This document shows, one piece after another, positions 16,092 through 23,786 of a stretch of DNA of 32,000 bases. The notes under the pieces were generated by a model. That model had not been told where the DNA came from. It was given only the letters and a program-made list of their open reading frames with translations, and ran no database searches. Made by a program: the position numbers and the translations under genes. Position 1 is the stretch's first letter. Each line of letters starts with the position of its first letter. The stretch spans positions 780,001 through 812,000 of the forward strand of contig OY781039.1 in NCBI GenBank assembly GCA_963676105.1, written 5' to 3'. This stretch comes from Erysipelotrichaceae bacterium. Lineage in GTDB: Bacteria > Bacillota_I > Bacilli_A > Erysipelotrichales > Erysipelotrichaceae.

Positions 16092-17348
16092 TTAAATTTT
16101 ATATTTTCGCCATTCACTTTCATCCTCTAAGGCATATGGAATGGTAACTAAAAATCCTTCATCTGACTCTCTTATCTCACAGTGTGAGTAGACTTTTTTC
16201 AGATCATTTAATGCATTGATATTCTCATACGGAATTAATAACTGTGTATGATATTGAATCCGTTGTAGTTCAAGATCAATTCTTGAAATGAGTTCATCTA
16301 GATTCTTACCTGTTTTTGCGCTGACGCATAATCCAGGATGCTCACTAATATCCCCTTTATTATATACCGTTATCATTGGCTTATTATCGACTTCTAATTC
16401 TTTTAGCGTTTCTAAAGTGACCATCTGTTGATTAAAGGCATGCTCAGACGAGGCATCAATCACATGAATCAGTAAGTCTGCATAGCGTACTTCATCTAAG
16501 GTAGAATGAAACGCTTTTACCAAACTATGAGGAAGATTAGAGACAAAACCTACGGTATCAGTTAAAATCACATTCTTTTTATTGAGGATACAATGGCGTG
16601 AAGAAGTTGATAGAGTTTCAAATAAACGGTCATTAGCTTCAACATTTTTATGTTGATTATGAAGTAATTTTTCAAGTAACGCATTCATCAGTGAACTCTT
16701 ACCGACATTGGTATAACCCACAAAAGCGACCACTAAGGCATTAGACTTACGTCGAGCTTGCGCTTGAATATTATGAGTATGCGTGCTTTTTTTAAGTTCA
16801 CGTTGAATTTGTTGGTATTGTTTTAAAGCTGTACGACGTCTTAAATCTAAAAGTCTTTCCCCAGCCCCACGTGTACGTGCTGAGCCCCCTTGTTGACGAC
16901 CTGTATGTGTACGATGGGTCTTTAAACGAGGAAGTAAATAACTTAAACGAGCGGATTCAACTTGTAGTTTCGCTTCTTTACTGGAAGCTCTTCGACCAAA
17001 GATCATGAGAATTAATTGTGTACGATCTAAAACTTGAAGGTTTAGATACTCTTCTAAATTACGGTGTTGTGCTGGGGATAACTCATCTAAGGTCACCACA
17101 TAATCAATTTCATCTTTTTCAGTGATTTCTTTAAGTTCATCTAACTTACCTGAACCCACATAATAAGGCATTTCTTCTTGCGTAGCTTGGGTAATATATG
17201 AAACCAAGTCAAAATCAGCAGCTTCAATCAATTCAGCACACTCTTGTAGACGATGGTTAAAGTTTAAATCACTATTTAAATTAATTGCGACTAAACAGAC
17301 TTGAGATTTATTCAATGACTTTCCACTCCAATTCCAAGTCGACATCAA
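16092..17348 (-). CDS. hflX: GTPase HflX
   Basis: HflX N-domain plus the G-domain motifs GYTNVGKSSL (G1), DTVGF (G3) and NKGD (G4). The start is uncertain: TTG 17348, ATG 17345, or TTG 17315 (GGAG 10 nt upstream, overlapping the murB stop as ATTGAATAA). Confidence 0.9.
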   Translation of the reverse strand: MMSTWNWSGKSLNKSQVCLVAINLNSDLNFNHRLQECAELIEAADFDLVSYITQATQEEMPYYVGSGKLDELKEITEKDEIDYVVTLDELSPAQHRNLEEYLNLQVLDRTQLILMIFGRRASSKEAKLQVESARLSYLLPRLKTHRTHTGRQQGGSARTRGAGERLLDLRRRTALKQYQQIQRELKKSTHTHNIQAQARRKSNALVVAFVGYTNVGKSSLMNALLEKLLHNQHKNVEANDRLFETLSTSSRHCILNKKNVILTDTVGFVSNLPHSLVKAFHSTLDEVRYADLLIHVIDASSEHAFNQQMVTLETLKELEVDNKPMITVYNKGDISEHPGLCVSAKTGKNLDELISRIDLELQRIQYHTQLLIPYENINALNDLKKVYSHCEIRESDEGFLVTIPYALEDESEWRKYKI

Positions 17349-18177
17349 ATTTCTCTTTAACGCGACTTTGACACAAATCTAATAAGGCTGATACATCAGA
17401 TGTTGATGCATGTCCTTCATTAACGATAAAACCAGGATGTTTTGCGCTAACACTCGCATCTCCTATTTTATAGCCTCTTAATTCACAAGCTTCAAGTAAC
17501 TTCCATACATATAAGCTTTCACCATTTTTTTGTGGACGTTTAAAAACAGATCCCGCATTCGCAAATTCACGCGGTTGTTTTTTAAAGCGATTCTTTTTAT
17601 AGGTGTAAATTTGATCTAAGATTTCTTCTTGAATGCCCATTTCTTTTTTTAGGGATGCTTGAAGAATGATTTGATTTTTGTGAAAGGACGAATGTCGATA
17701 CGAAAAGAAAAGCTCATCTGGTACGATATGTTCGATTTCATGCGTTTCTATATTATAGACATCAACCCAATTCACATATTGACCAATCGTAAATTCATAT
17801 TGCCCCGCATTCATCATTAGTGCCCCACCCAGTGTTCCTGGAATGTCTTCACAAAAGGCATAGCCCTTAATACTTTTTTGACAAGTAATCCAAGCTAAAT
17901 CATTTAATGAAAGCCCACTTGATACAATGATTTCATTTTCTTTGATTTCAATGTGATTCATATGATGGGTCACAATAAAGGCATAGCTTTCATCATAATA
18001 ATCTTTCTTTAAAAAGATATTAGAGCCTTTACCAATGAGGATATTCTTTTGATGTTTCTCTTTTAAGACAGACACTAAATCATCAATTGTGAAAACAAGA
18101 TAGACAAAAGCTGCAGTCGCATCTAACTGCAGTGTATTAAAGTTTTTCAGTGAATGATCTTTTAATAAATATGTCAT
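17308..18177 (-). CDS. murB: UDP-N-acetylenolpyruvoylglucosamine reductase
   Basis: 289 aa with an FAD-binding-domain pattern: GKGSNIF, GTLGGALMMNAGQY, NAGSVFKRP and a C-terminal MurB domain. Confidence 0.9.
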   Translation of the reverse strand: MTYLLKDHSLKNFNTLQLDATAAFVYLVFTIDDLVSVLKEKHQKNILIGKGSNIFLKKDYYDESYAFIVTHHMNHIEIKENEIIVSSGLSLNDLAWITCQKSIKGYAFCEDIPGTLGGALMMNAGQYEFTIGQYVNWVDVYNIETHEIEHIVPDELFFSYRHSSFHKNQIILQASLKKEMGIQEEILDQIYTYKKNRFKKQPREFANAGSVFKRPQKNGESLYVWKLLEACELRGYKIGDASVSAKHPGFIVNEGHASTSDVSALLDLCQSRVKEKFDVDLELEWKVIE

Positions 18178-18893
18178 GAATTTTTAAGACGAATATACTT
18201 ATGTGAGATATTAGGGTTTGAGGTTTTGCGTGATTGAATCTCAAAGACCTTTAAAGAACTCACGAGCGGTGTTAACTTGTGATAACCATAGTTACGCGTA
18301 TCAAACTCAGGCATACGTTTAGATAAGATATTACCCACTTCACCTAAGAATGCCCAACCATCATCATCAGATTGTTCATTGATAATGGTTGTTAACATTT
18401 TTTCTAAAGCTTCAGTTTTTTTAGAATTACTTTTTCCATTTGTCTTAGGCTCTACTGTTCCAAGCAATACTTCTAAATATTTAAATCTTTCACAGGCTGC
18501 AATAAAGGCTGAAGGTGTTTTCTTTTCACCCATGCCAATGACTAACTTTCCGGCTTCTCTTAATCGTGAAGCCAATCGTGTAAAGTCAGAATCAGAAGAT
18601 ACAATGCAGAAACCATCCACATTTTGTGAATAAAGGATATCCATCGCATCAATGATCAAAGCTGCATCTGTGGCATTCTTTCCAGTTGTATAAGCGTATT
18701 GTTGAATGGGAGAAATCGAGTAATCTAATAAGACTGATTTCCATTGGGCTAACTGTGGTTTAGTCCAGTCCCCATATATTCGTTTGTAGGTTGGTGTTCC
18801 ATGATTTGAAATTTCATCAAACATGGCTTGTACGTATTTTTCAGAGACATTATCAGCATCAATTAAAACCGCTATTCTTAAATCTTTTTCCAT
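18174..18893 (-). CDS. NYN (LabA/PIN-like) ribonuclease-domain protein with C-terminal OST-HTH/LOTUS domain
   Basis: N-terminal IAVLIDADN ... GKNATDAALIIDA ... CIVSSDSDF acidic motifs of the NYN domain. The C-terminal DDGWAFLGEVGNILSKRMPEFDTRNYGYHKLTPLVSSLKVFEI is typical of OST-HTH. Confidence 0.8.
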   Translation of the reverse strand: MEKDLRIAVLIDADNVSEKYVQAMFDEISNHGTPTYKRIYGDWTKPQLAQWKSVLLDYSISPIQQYAYTTGKNATDAALIIDAMDILYSQNVDGFCIVSSDSDFTRLASRLREAGKLVIGMGEKKTPSAFIAACERFKYLEVLLGTVEPKTNGKSNSKKTEALEKMLTTIINEQSDDDGWAFLGEVGNILSKRMPEFDTRNYGYHKLTPLVSSLKVFEIQSRKTSNPNISHKYIRLKNS

Positions 18894-18922
18894 AAAATCC
18901 TTTCATGTTTTGCTTTATACAC

Positions 18923-18931
18923 ATTATAGCA
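18923..18931 (-). promoter_or_regulatory. Extended -10 promoter element TGcTATAAT upstream of the NYN/murB/hflX string
   Basis: The minus strand reads gggTGcTATAATg, followed by a ~29-nt leader carrying SD GAAAGGA. Confidence 0.45.
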
Positions 18932-18940
18932 CCCGTTTCT

Positions 18941-19639
18941 TTATTCCTTTGTTGAAATCAAGTCCATTAATACCTGTTGAGCAATCAATAATCCAGCGCT
19001 TGCAGGCACAAAAATCATGGAGCCATTCACAAGTTTATCTTGATAATCGACTTTGGTCGAAGGCAGTGCTTTTTCACTTGAATAGACCACTTTACAATCC
19101 CCTAGTCTTTCTTGTCGTGCTAAAGTTCGTATTTTCTTTGCTAAAGGATCCATTTCAGTTTTGGATAACTTAGAAATCTTGAGTTTGCTTGGATCAAGTT
19201 TGCGGGCAGTACCTAAACTCATGATAAACGGAATTTTTCTTGTATTACAGATTCTGAGTAACTCAAGTTTAGACTGAACATGATCAATCGCATCTACGAC
19301 ATAATCAAAATCATCAAAATTCAATTGATCTTCTTTTTCAAAATACATGGGATAAATATTAACGATACAATCTGGATTAATAGAGTGAATTCTTTTCTTC
19401 AATTCATCAACTTTGATCAAATTGACATTGTTCATATTTGTCATCAGTTGACGATTAAGATTAGTGATATCAATTTTATCAAAATCAATCAAACTGATCT
19501 CACCAATTCCACTTCGTACTAAGGCTTCAACCACAAAGGATCCAACCCCACCAACGCCAAAGACAGCCACATGTTTTTGACTGATCAATTCATTATTTTT
19601 ATCCCCTATAAGGTAGCTATTTCGTGTGTTAAATTTCAT
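18941..19639 (-). CDS. tcdA: tRNA threonylcarbamoyladenosine dehydratase (ThiF/MoeB E1-like, TcdA/CsdL type)
   Basis: 232 aa. Nucleotide-binding loop VFGVGGVGSFVVEALVRSGIGEISLIDFDKIDITNLNRQ. Size and pattern fit TcdA rather than ThiF or MoeB. Confidence 0.8.
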   Translation of the reverse strand: MKFNTRNSYLIGDKNNELISQKHVAVFGVGGVGSFVVEALVRSGIGEISLIDFDKIDITNLNRQLMTNMNNVNLIKVDELKKRIHSINPDCIVNIYPMYFEKEDQLNFDDFDYVVDAIDHVQSKLELLRICNTRKIPFIMSLGTARKLDPSKLKISKLSKTEMDPLAKKIRTLARQERLGDCKVVYSSEKALPSTKVDYQDKLVNGSMIFVPASAGLLIAQQVLMDLISTKE

Positions 19640-19697
19640 CTTGTTTATAAAGCTTCTTTCATATACAATACCAAAGTATCACATTAAATAAGGAGTT
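19640..19697 (+). promoter_or_regulatory. preQ1-II-like riboswitch (SD-sequestering pseudoknot) upstream of queT
   Basis: RNA: CUUGUUUAUAAAGCUUCUUUCAUAUACAAUACCAAAGUAUCACAUUAAAUAAGGAG. P1 pairs UUGUUUAU with AUAUACAA (7 bp plus one U.U). The loop segment AGCUUCUUUCA matches, from memory, the characterised preQ1-II aptamers. CUUCUU can pair with the SD AAGGAG. A mini-hairpin UAC-CAAA-GUA sits at the P4 position. The downstream gene is queT, the canonical context. Confidence 0.55.
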
Positions 19698-19702
19698 TAT
19701 AC

Positions 19703-20206
19703 ATGTTTAATACCAAAACCATGATTAAAGTTTCGCTAATTGCGGCCATTTATACAATTTTAAGTTTAGTGCTTGCCCCTTTCTCCTTTGGTAATATCCA
19801 AGTTAGAGTTGCTGAAGCATTAACACTACTTCCAATCATCTATGCACCATCGATTATCGGCTTAACCCTAGGTTGTTTTATTACCAATCTTGTTGGGGTT
19901 GCGATGGGGGCTAACCTTTTAGGAATGATGGATGTTTTGATTGGCACAAGCGCAACCTTAATTGCCGCGTTAATCACTTATCAATTTAGACATGTTGAAT
20001 TTAAAAATATTGCACTCATTTCTGTTTTAAGTCCGATTGTCGTTAATGCCCTTATTATTGGCGCAGAACTAGCTTATGTACTACTACCTACAAGCTATGG
20101 CTTTATGATCTTTAGTTTAGATGTTGCTTTTGGACAAGCCATTGCGATCATCTTGATTGGTTTACCACTTTTAGCTTGGTTTAAAAAAACACGACTCTTT
20201 GATTAA
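19703..20206 (+). CDS. queT: Queuosine-precursor transporter QueT (ECF-type S component, COG4708)
   Basis: 167 aa with 5 TM spans. MIKVSLIAAIYTILSLVLAPFSFGNIQVRVAEALTLLP is typical of QueT. Confidence 0.85.
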   Translation: MFNTKTMIKVSLIAAIYTILSLVLAPFSFGNIQVRVAEALTLLPIIYAPSIIGLTLGCFITNLVGVAMGANLLGMMDVLIGTSATLIAALITYQFRHVEFKNIALISVLSPIVVNALIIGAELAYVLLPTSYGFMIFSLDVAFGQAIAIILIGLPLLAWFKKTRLFD

Positions 20207-20216
20207 GATCGTGTTT
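20183..20216. terminator. Hairpin enclosing both stop codons of the convergent queT and SDR genes (probable terminator, better on the minus strand)
   Basis: 8-bp stem AAACACGA/TCGTGTTT (20187-20194 / 20209-20216). The 14-nt loop contains the shared TTAA (20203-20206). An A-run lies upstream (T-run on minus), and the sequence downstream is T-rich. Confidence 0.5.
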
Positions 20217-20976
20217 CTTGAATTTTCTTTACAATATGTGAGGCAAAGGTTCGAGGCGTAATCTTGGTTAATAAAACTAAGAATTGATTCCGTAATCCTG
20301 GCACACTAATCGCTTTATTAGCATGCAGATCACGCATGCTTTTTTGTACAACTGGCAATGATTCCATGGTGAACTTTTCAAATAAAAGTGAAGGTCCATT
20401 TTTCGCCACTTTAAAGAAATTGGTATGAGTTGGTCCAGGACACAAAGCAGACACTTTAATATTGTAGTCACTTAATTCATCTCTAAGTGCATTTGATAAA
20501 GATAAGACATAAGCTTTAGAGGCATAATACTCAGCCATATACGGTCCTGAAGAAAAAGCAGCAACTGAAGCCACATTTAAGATTTCCCCTTTTTTAAAGA
20601 CTTTCATCTGTGGAATAAAATGATAAGCCAATAAGCTTAATGCTTCAATATTGACTCTAATCATACTCACAAGCGTATCTTCACTTTGATTCTCATAGGC
20701 AGAGTGATTGCCAAAACCCGCATTATTAATTAAGCGTGAAATAAAAATGTCTTGTGGTAAGTTATGAATAAAGTCATCTAACTGTTCTTTATCACTTAAA
20801 TCAACTTTGTAGATTAAAATATCAATATTGTATTTACTTAATTCATGTCTAAGTTCTTCTAACAATTCAAACCGTCTTGCGACAAGGATTAAATTCTGTT
20901 TTTGTTTCGCATACTCTCGCGCAAAATCTTGACCTAAACCAGATGATGCGCCAGTGATACATGTATATTCTTTCAT
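20203..20976 (-). CDS. Short-chain dehydrogenase/reductase (classical SDR)
   Basis: ITGASSGLG (TGxxxGxG), NNAG and YYASKAY (YxxxK) motifs. I place the start at ATG 20976, which has AGGAG 7 nt upstream and an ATGA overlap with the zur stop. The 8 extra codons in the track ORF are rejected. Confidence 0.9.
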   Translation of the reverse strand: MKEYTCITGASSGLGQDFAREYAKQKQNLILVARRFELLEELRHELSKYNIDILIYKVDLSDKEQLDDFIHNLPQDIFISRLINNAGFGNHSAYENQSEDTLVSMIRVNIEALSLLAYHFIPQMKVFKKGEILNVASVAAFSSGPYMAEYYASKAYVLSLSNALRDELSDYNIKVSALCPGPTHTNFFKVAKNGPSLLFEKFTMESLPVVQKSMRDLHANKAISVPGLRNQFLVLLTKITPRTFASHIVKKIQETRS

Positions 20977-21359
20977 GTGTGACTCCTTTTTTGTGCACAA
21001 TCTTTACATAAACCTTCAATTTCAATGCGATGATCTAAAACCACAAAACCTTCTGGCGCATGAAAGTGTAATGGACAAGTCTCTAAGATGACTTCTTGTC
21101 CACAATCAACACATTTCAGCTTATGTTGATGTTTGTGTGAATAGCGCTCATAACGTCTAACTTCTGGATTAAAATCATCACTTAAACGAATGACATTAGC
21201 TTTAGAAAATTCATCCACGATACGATAAAGGGTTGCGAGATGAATTTCAGTACATTTATTATGTAATTCATCAACCGATATTGATTCGTTTAAGTCCATA
21301 AAGATTTCAAAAACCTTTAAACGCCCTTTGGTCTTTTTTAAATGACTAGGAAACTTCAT
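20973..21359 (-). CDS. zur: Fur-family metalloregulator, Zur-like
   Basis: 128 aa. Winged-helix LATLYRIVDEFSKANVI, a His-rich HKHQHK segment and two CxxC pairs (CVDCG, CKDC). It is the last regulatory gene of a zinc-type ABC importer operon preceded by a Zur-box-like palindrome. Confidence 0.8.
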   Translation of the reverse strand: MKFPSHLKKTKGRLKVFEIFMDLNESISVDELHNKCTEIHLATLYRIVDEFSKANVIRLSDDFNPEVRRYERYSHKHQHKLKCVDCGQEVILETCPLHFHAPEGFVVLDHRIEIEGLCKDCAQKRSHT

Positions 21360-22150
21360 AATTTTTTTAGTCCTTTTAGGGGTAATACAATTAGATAAAT
21401 CACAACGGATAGTAAAACAACCGCACCACCAGGTTTAAGTCCAAAATAGAAAGACAGTGTTAATCCAACAATCATACTAAAGACTGAGAAAGCAATCGCA
21501 TACAACAAAGTTGTTTTATAACTCTTTGCGATTTGTAAGGCAGAGGCAACCGGCAAAATAAGTAAAGAACTTAAAATCAATGAGCCCACTGTTTTAGCGG
21601 CGACACTTAAACTAATCCCAAGCATTATCATAAAAAGACCATTCACAAACTTTACATTGATACCGGAGTGTTGTGCATCCACTTCATCAAAGGTCATCGC
21701 AAAAATTTCTTTATAAAATAAAACATATAGAACAATAATAACTAGAGCCACAATACTAATCCACATCACTTCACTTGGCGTCGTTGCGACAATGGACCCA
21801 AAAAGAAAGGCTGTAAAATTGGCTGAATCAGAGACAAATGAAGAAAGTGTTCCCGCCAATCCAATTCCAACTGCCATTAATATTGAAACAGCGACTTCGG
21901 CATAATCAGGTAATCTCTTACGTAATAGATCAATAAATAGTATCCCTAAGATAGAAGTAACAATCGCAGATATAATCGGATCAATCCCAATCAACATCCC
22001 TATCGCAATCCCAGCTAGTGTTGAATGCGCAACCGCATCAGATACCATCGATAAGCGTCTTAAAACCAGGGTTTGGCCCATTAATGGCGCAACAAGCGCA
22101 ATAAGGATACCCACGCTCATGGCTCGGACCATAAAACTATACTCAAACAT
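21356..22150 (-). CDS. Metal (Zn/Mn-type) ABC transporter permease (ABC-3 family, ZnuB/AdcB-like)
   Basis: 264 aa with 8-9 TM spans. The pattern is typical of ABC-3 permeases. Starts and stops overlap on both sides. Confidence 0.9.
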   Translation of the reverse strand: MFEYSFMVRAMSVGILIALVAPLMGQTLVLRRLSMVSDAVAHSTLAGIAIGMLIGIDPIISAIVTSILGILFIDLLRKRLPDYAEVAVSILMAVGIGLAGTLSSFVSDSANFTAFLFGSIVATTPSEVMWISIVALVIIVLYVLFYKEIFAMTFDEVDAQHSGINVKFVNGLFMIMLGISLSVAAKTVGSLILSSLLILPVASALQIAKSYKTTLLYAIAFSVFSMIVGLTLSFYFGLKPGGAVVLLSVVIYLIVLPLKGLKKL

Positions 22151-22847
22151 GATGAACTCCTATGTGTTGATGACGATGCGCCAACTCTTCTTGAATACTA
22201 TGCTCATCTAACTCTAAAACATCGTGTTCTGAAACACAGAGTATTTTTTGTGAAACCATTTGTGCTAAAGCTAAATCATGGGTCACCATTAAAATACTTA
22301 AACCTTTATCTTGAAAGGCTTTAAGATGTTTCAGTAAATCAAGGGTAAAGTGTGGATCTAAGGCAGAGGTTGGTTCATCTAAAAAAAGAATATCTGGTTT
22401 TGAAAGAAGTGCTTTCGCAATAAAGACTCGTTGTCTTTGTCCACCTGATAATTCAGATAAGCGCGTATGGATTTCTTTTTCTAAACCTAAAGTAATTAAC
22501 ATCTTTTTGGCTTCTTCTTTTTGATCGTGCGTCACACGTTTAAAGAACCCAAGTTCAGCCGTAAAAGCACTTAAGACTATTTCAAAGGCCGTAGCAGGAA
22601 AACGATTATGAATGGAAAAATCATGTTGAGCGACATACGCTGTTTTAACATCATCTTCAACACGTATCACACCAGCTTGCATTGGCATTCTTTGTGATAT
22701 CACTTTTAACAATGTACTCTTACCTGCTCCGTTATTACCAATAAAAACGATCCACTCACCTTGATGGATCTCTAGATTAAAATCCTCAAACAATGTTTTT
22801 TGAGGATATTTATACGATAAATTGTGAACTGACATTAAGCGCGTCAT
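22143..22847 (-). CDS. Metal ABC transporter ATP-binding protein (ZnuC/AdcC-like)
   Basis: Walker A GNNGAGKST, signature LSGGQRQR and Walker B ILFLDEP, with a His-rich C-terminus AHRHQHIGVHH. Confidence 0.9.
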   Translation of the reverse strand: MTRLMSVHNLSYKYPQKTLFEDFNLEIHQGEWIVFIGNNGAGKSTLLKVISQRMPMQAGVIRVEDDVKTAYVAQHDFSIHNRFPATAFEIVLSAFTAELGFFKRVTHDQKEEAKKMLITLGLEKEIHTRLSELSGGQRQRVFIAKALLSKPDILFLDEPTSALDPHFTLDLLKHLKAFQDKGLSILMVTHDLALAQMVSQKILCVSEHDVLELDEHSIQEELAHRHQHIGVHHV

Positions 22848-23716
22848 TGTAGTGCCTCTGCTAAGTGAATGATATTTTCTTCTAATAAATCAATAATATC
22901 TTGATCACTGTTTTCATCAATAGATTCTAATGAAGATAAAAGTTGAATATTAACCCCTGTTTCTAAAGCCAGTGTTTCCGCAACATCTGTTTCAAGTGGA
23001 TTTTCATAGAAAATAATCTGTATATCATTATCTTTTATAACTTCAATCACTTCTTCTAAGTGATGTGCATCCACTTCATGGGCATGCCCTGCTTCAGCCA
23101 CTGATACCATTTTTACTTCATATTCATCCGCTAAATATACAAAGGCTGGACGTTGCGTAATAAACAGTGACTTGGTTTTAGATTCAAACAAAGCATCTGT
23201 ATAAGCTTGTATTTTCTCTAATCGATCTAAAATCAATTGAAGATTTTCATCAATCAACGACTCATCTTCAACAATTGTTTTTAAATACTCTGCAATATCG
23301 ATACTGATTTGTTTAAAATTACTTAAGGATGTCCAAATATGTGGATCTATCTCCCCTAATGAATTATTAAGTAAATCAATATTCTTTGAAACATCCAAAA
23401 CATTGGCATTATCTGGTTTCACATCTTGATATGCTTCTTCATACCACGTTTCAAAACCATTGCCAACAATGATTAAATTTTCTTCGTTTGTTAAGTTAAT
23501 CATATCGTTAGAATCAAGCTCATAGGTATGAGGATCTGCGTTATATGGCAAGATATTAATAATATTGACTTGATCTTTAGCCAAAAGTTCTGTAATGGCT
23601 TCTAAAACATAAAAACTCACGACTACGGTGGGTTTATCGTCTGATTGATCAAGGTTTTGTGTACAGCCCACTAAGACCATACTCATTAAAATTAAACTAA
23701 AAACTATTTTTTTCAT
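22844..23716 (-). CDS. Metal ABC transporter substrate-binding lipoprotein (TroA/ZnuA/AdcA family)
   Basis: Lipobox MSMVLVGC, metal-ligand His motifs (DPHTYE, DPHIW) and a His/acidic loop AGHAHEVDAHHLEE suggesting zinc. SD TAGGAG upstream. Confidence 0.9.
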   Translation of the reverse strand: MKKIVFSLILMSMVLVGCTQNLDQSDDKPTVVVSFYVLEAITELLAKDQVNIINILPYNADPHTYELDSNDMINLTNEENLIIVGNGFETWYEEAYQDVKPDNANVLDVSKNIDLLNNSLGEIDPHIWTSLSNFKQISIDIAEYLKTIVEDESLIDENLQLILDRLEKIQAYTDALFESKTKSLFITQRPAFVYLADEYEVKMVSVAEAGHAHEVDAHHLEEVIEVIKDNDIQIIFYENPLETDVAETLALETGVNIQLLSSLESIDENSDQDIIDLLEENIIHLAEALQ

Positions 23717-23725
23717 AAAACTCCT

Positions 23726-23746
23726 AAATGCGAATCATTTGCATTT
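23726..23746. promoter_or_regulatory. Zur-box-like 21-bp palindrome (operator of the zinc importer operon)
   Basis: AAATGCGAATCATTTGCATTT is symmetric at 18 of 20 non-central positions and resembles the Bacillus Zur box AAATCGTAATNATTACGATTT. It sits between the putative -10 TATACT and the SD of the lipoprotein gene. Confidence 0.7.
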
Positions 23747-23786
23747 AAAAGTATAACACGTTTATTTTTTTAAACCATTCATATGC

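Noticed and set aside
18174-18893. NYN-domain protein as part of a toxin-antitoxin or anti-phage defence module
   Set aside because: No partner antitoxin, ATPase, methylase or mobile-element genes lie nearby. It overlaps murB and sits in a housekeeping string.
20977-21000. Eight extra N-terminal codons of the SDR ORF (MCTKKESH)
   Set aside because: They lie inside the zur coding region. ATG 20976 has AGGAG 7 nt upstream and the typical ATGA coupling, and it places TGxxxGxG at the usual distance from the N-terminus.
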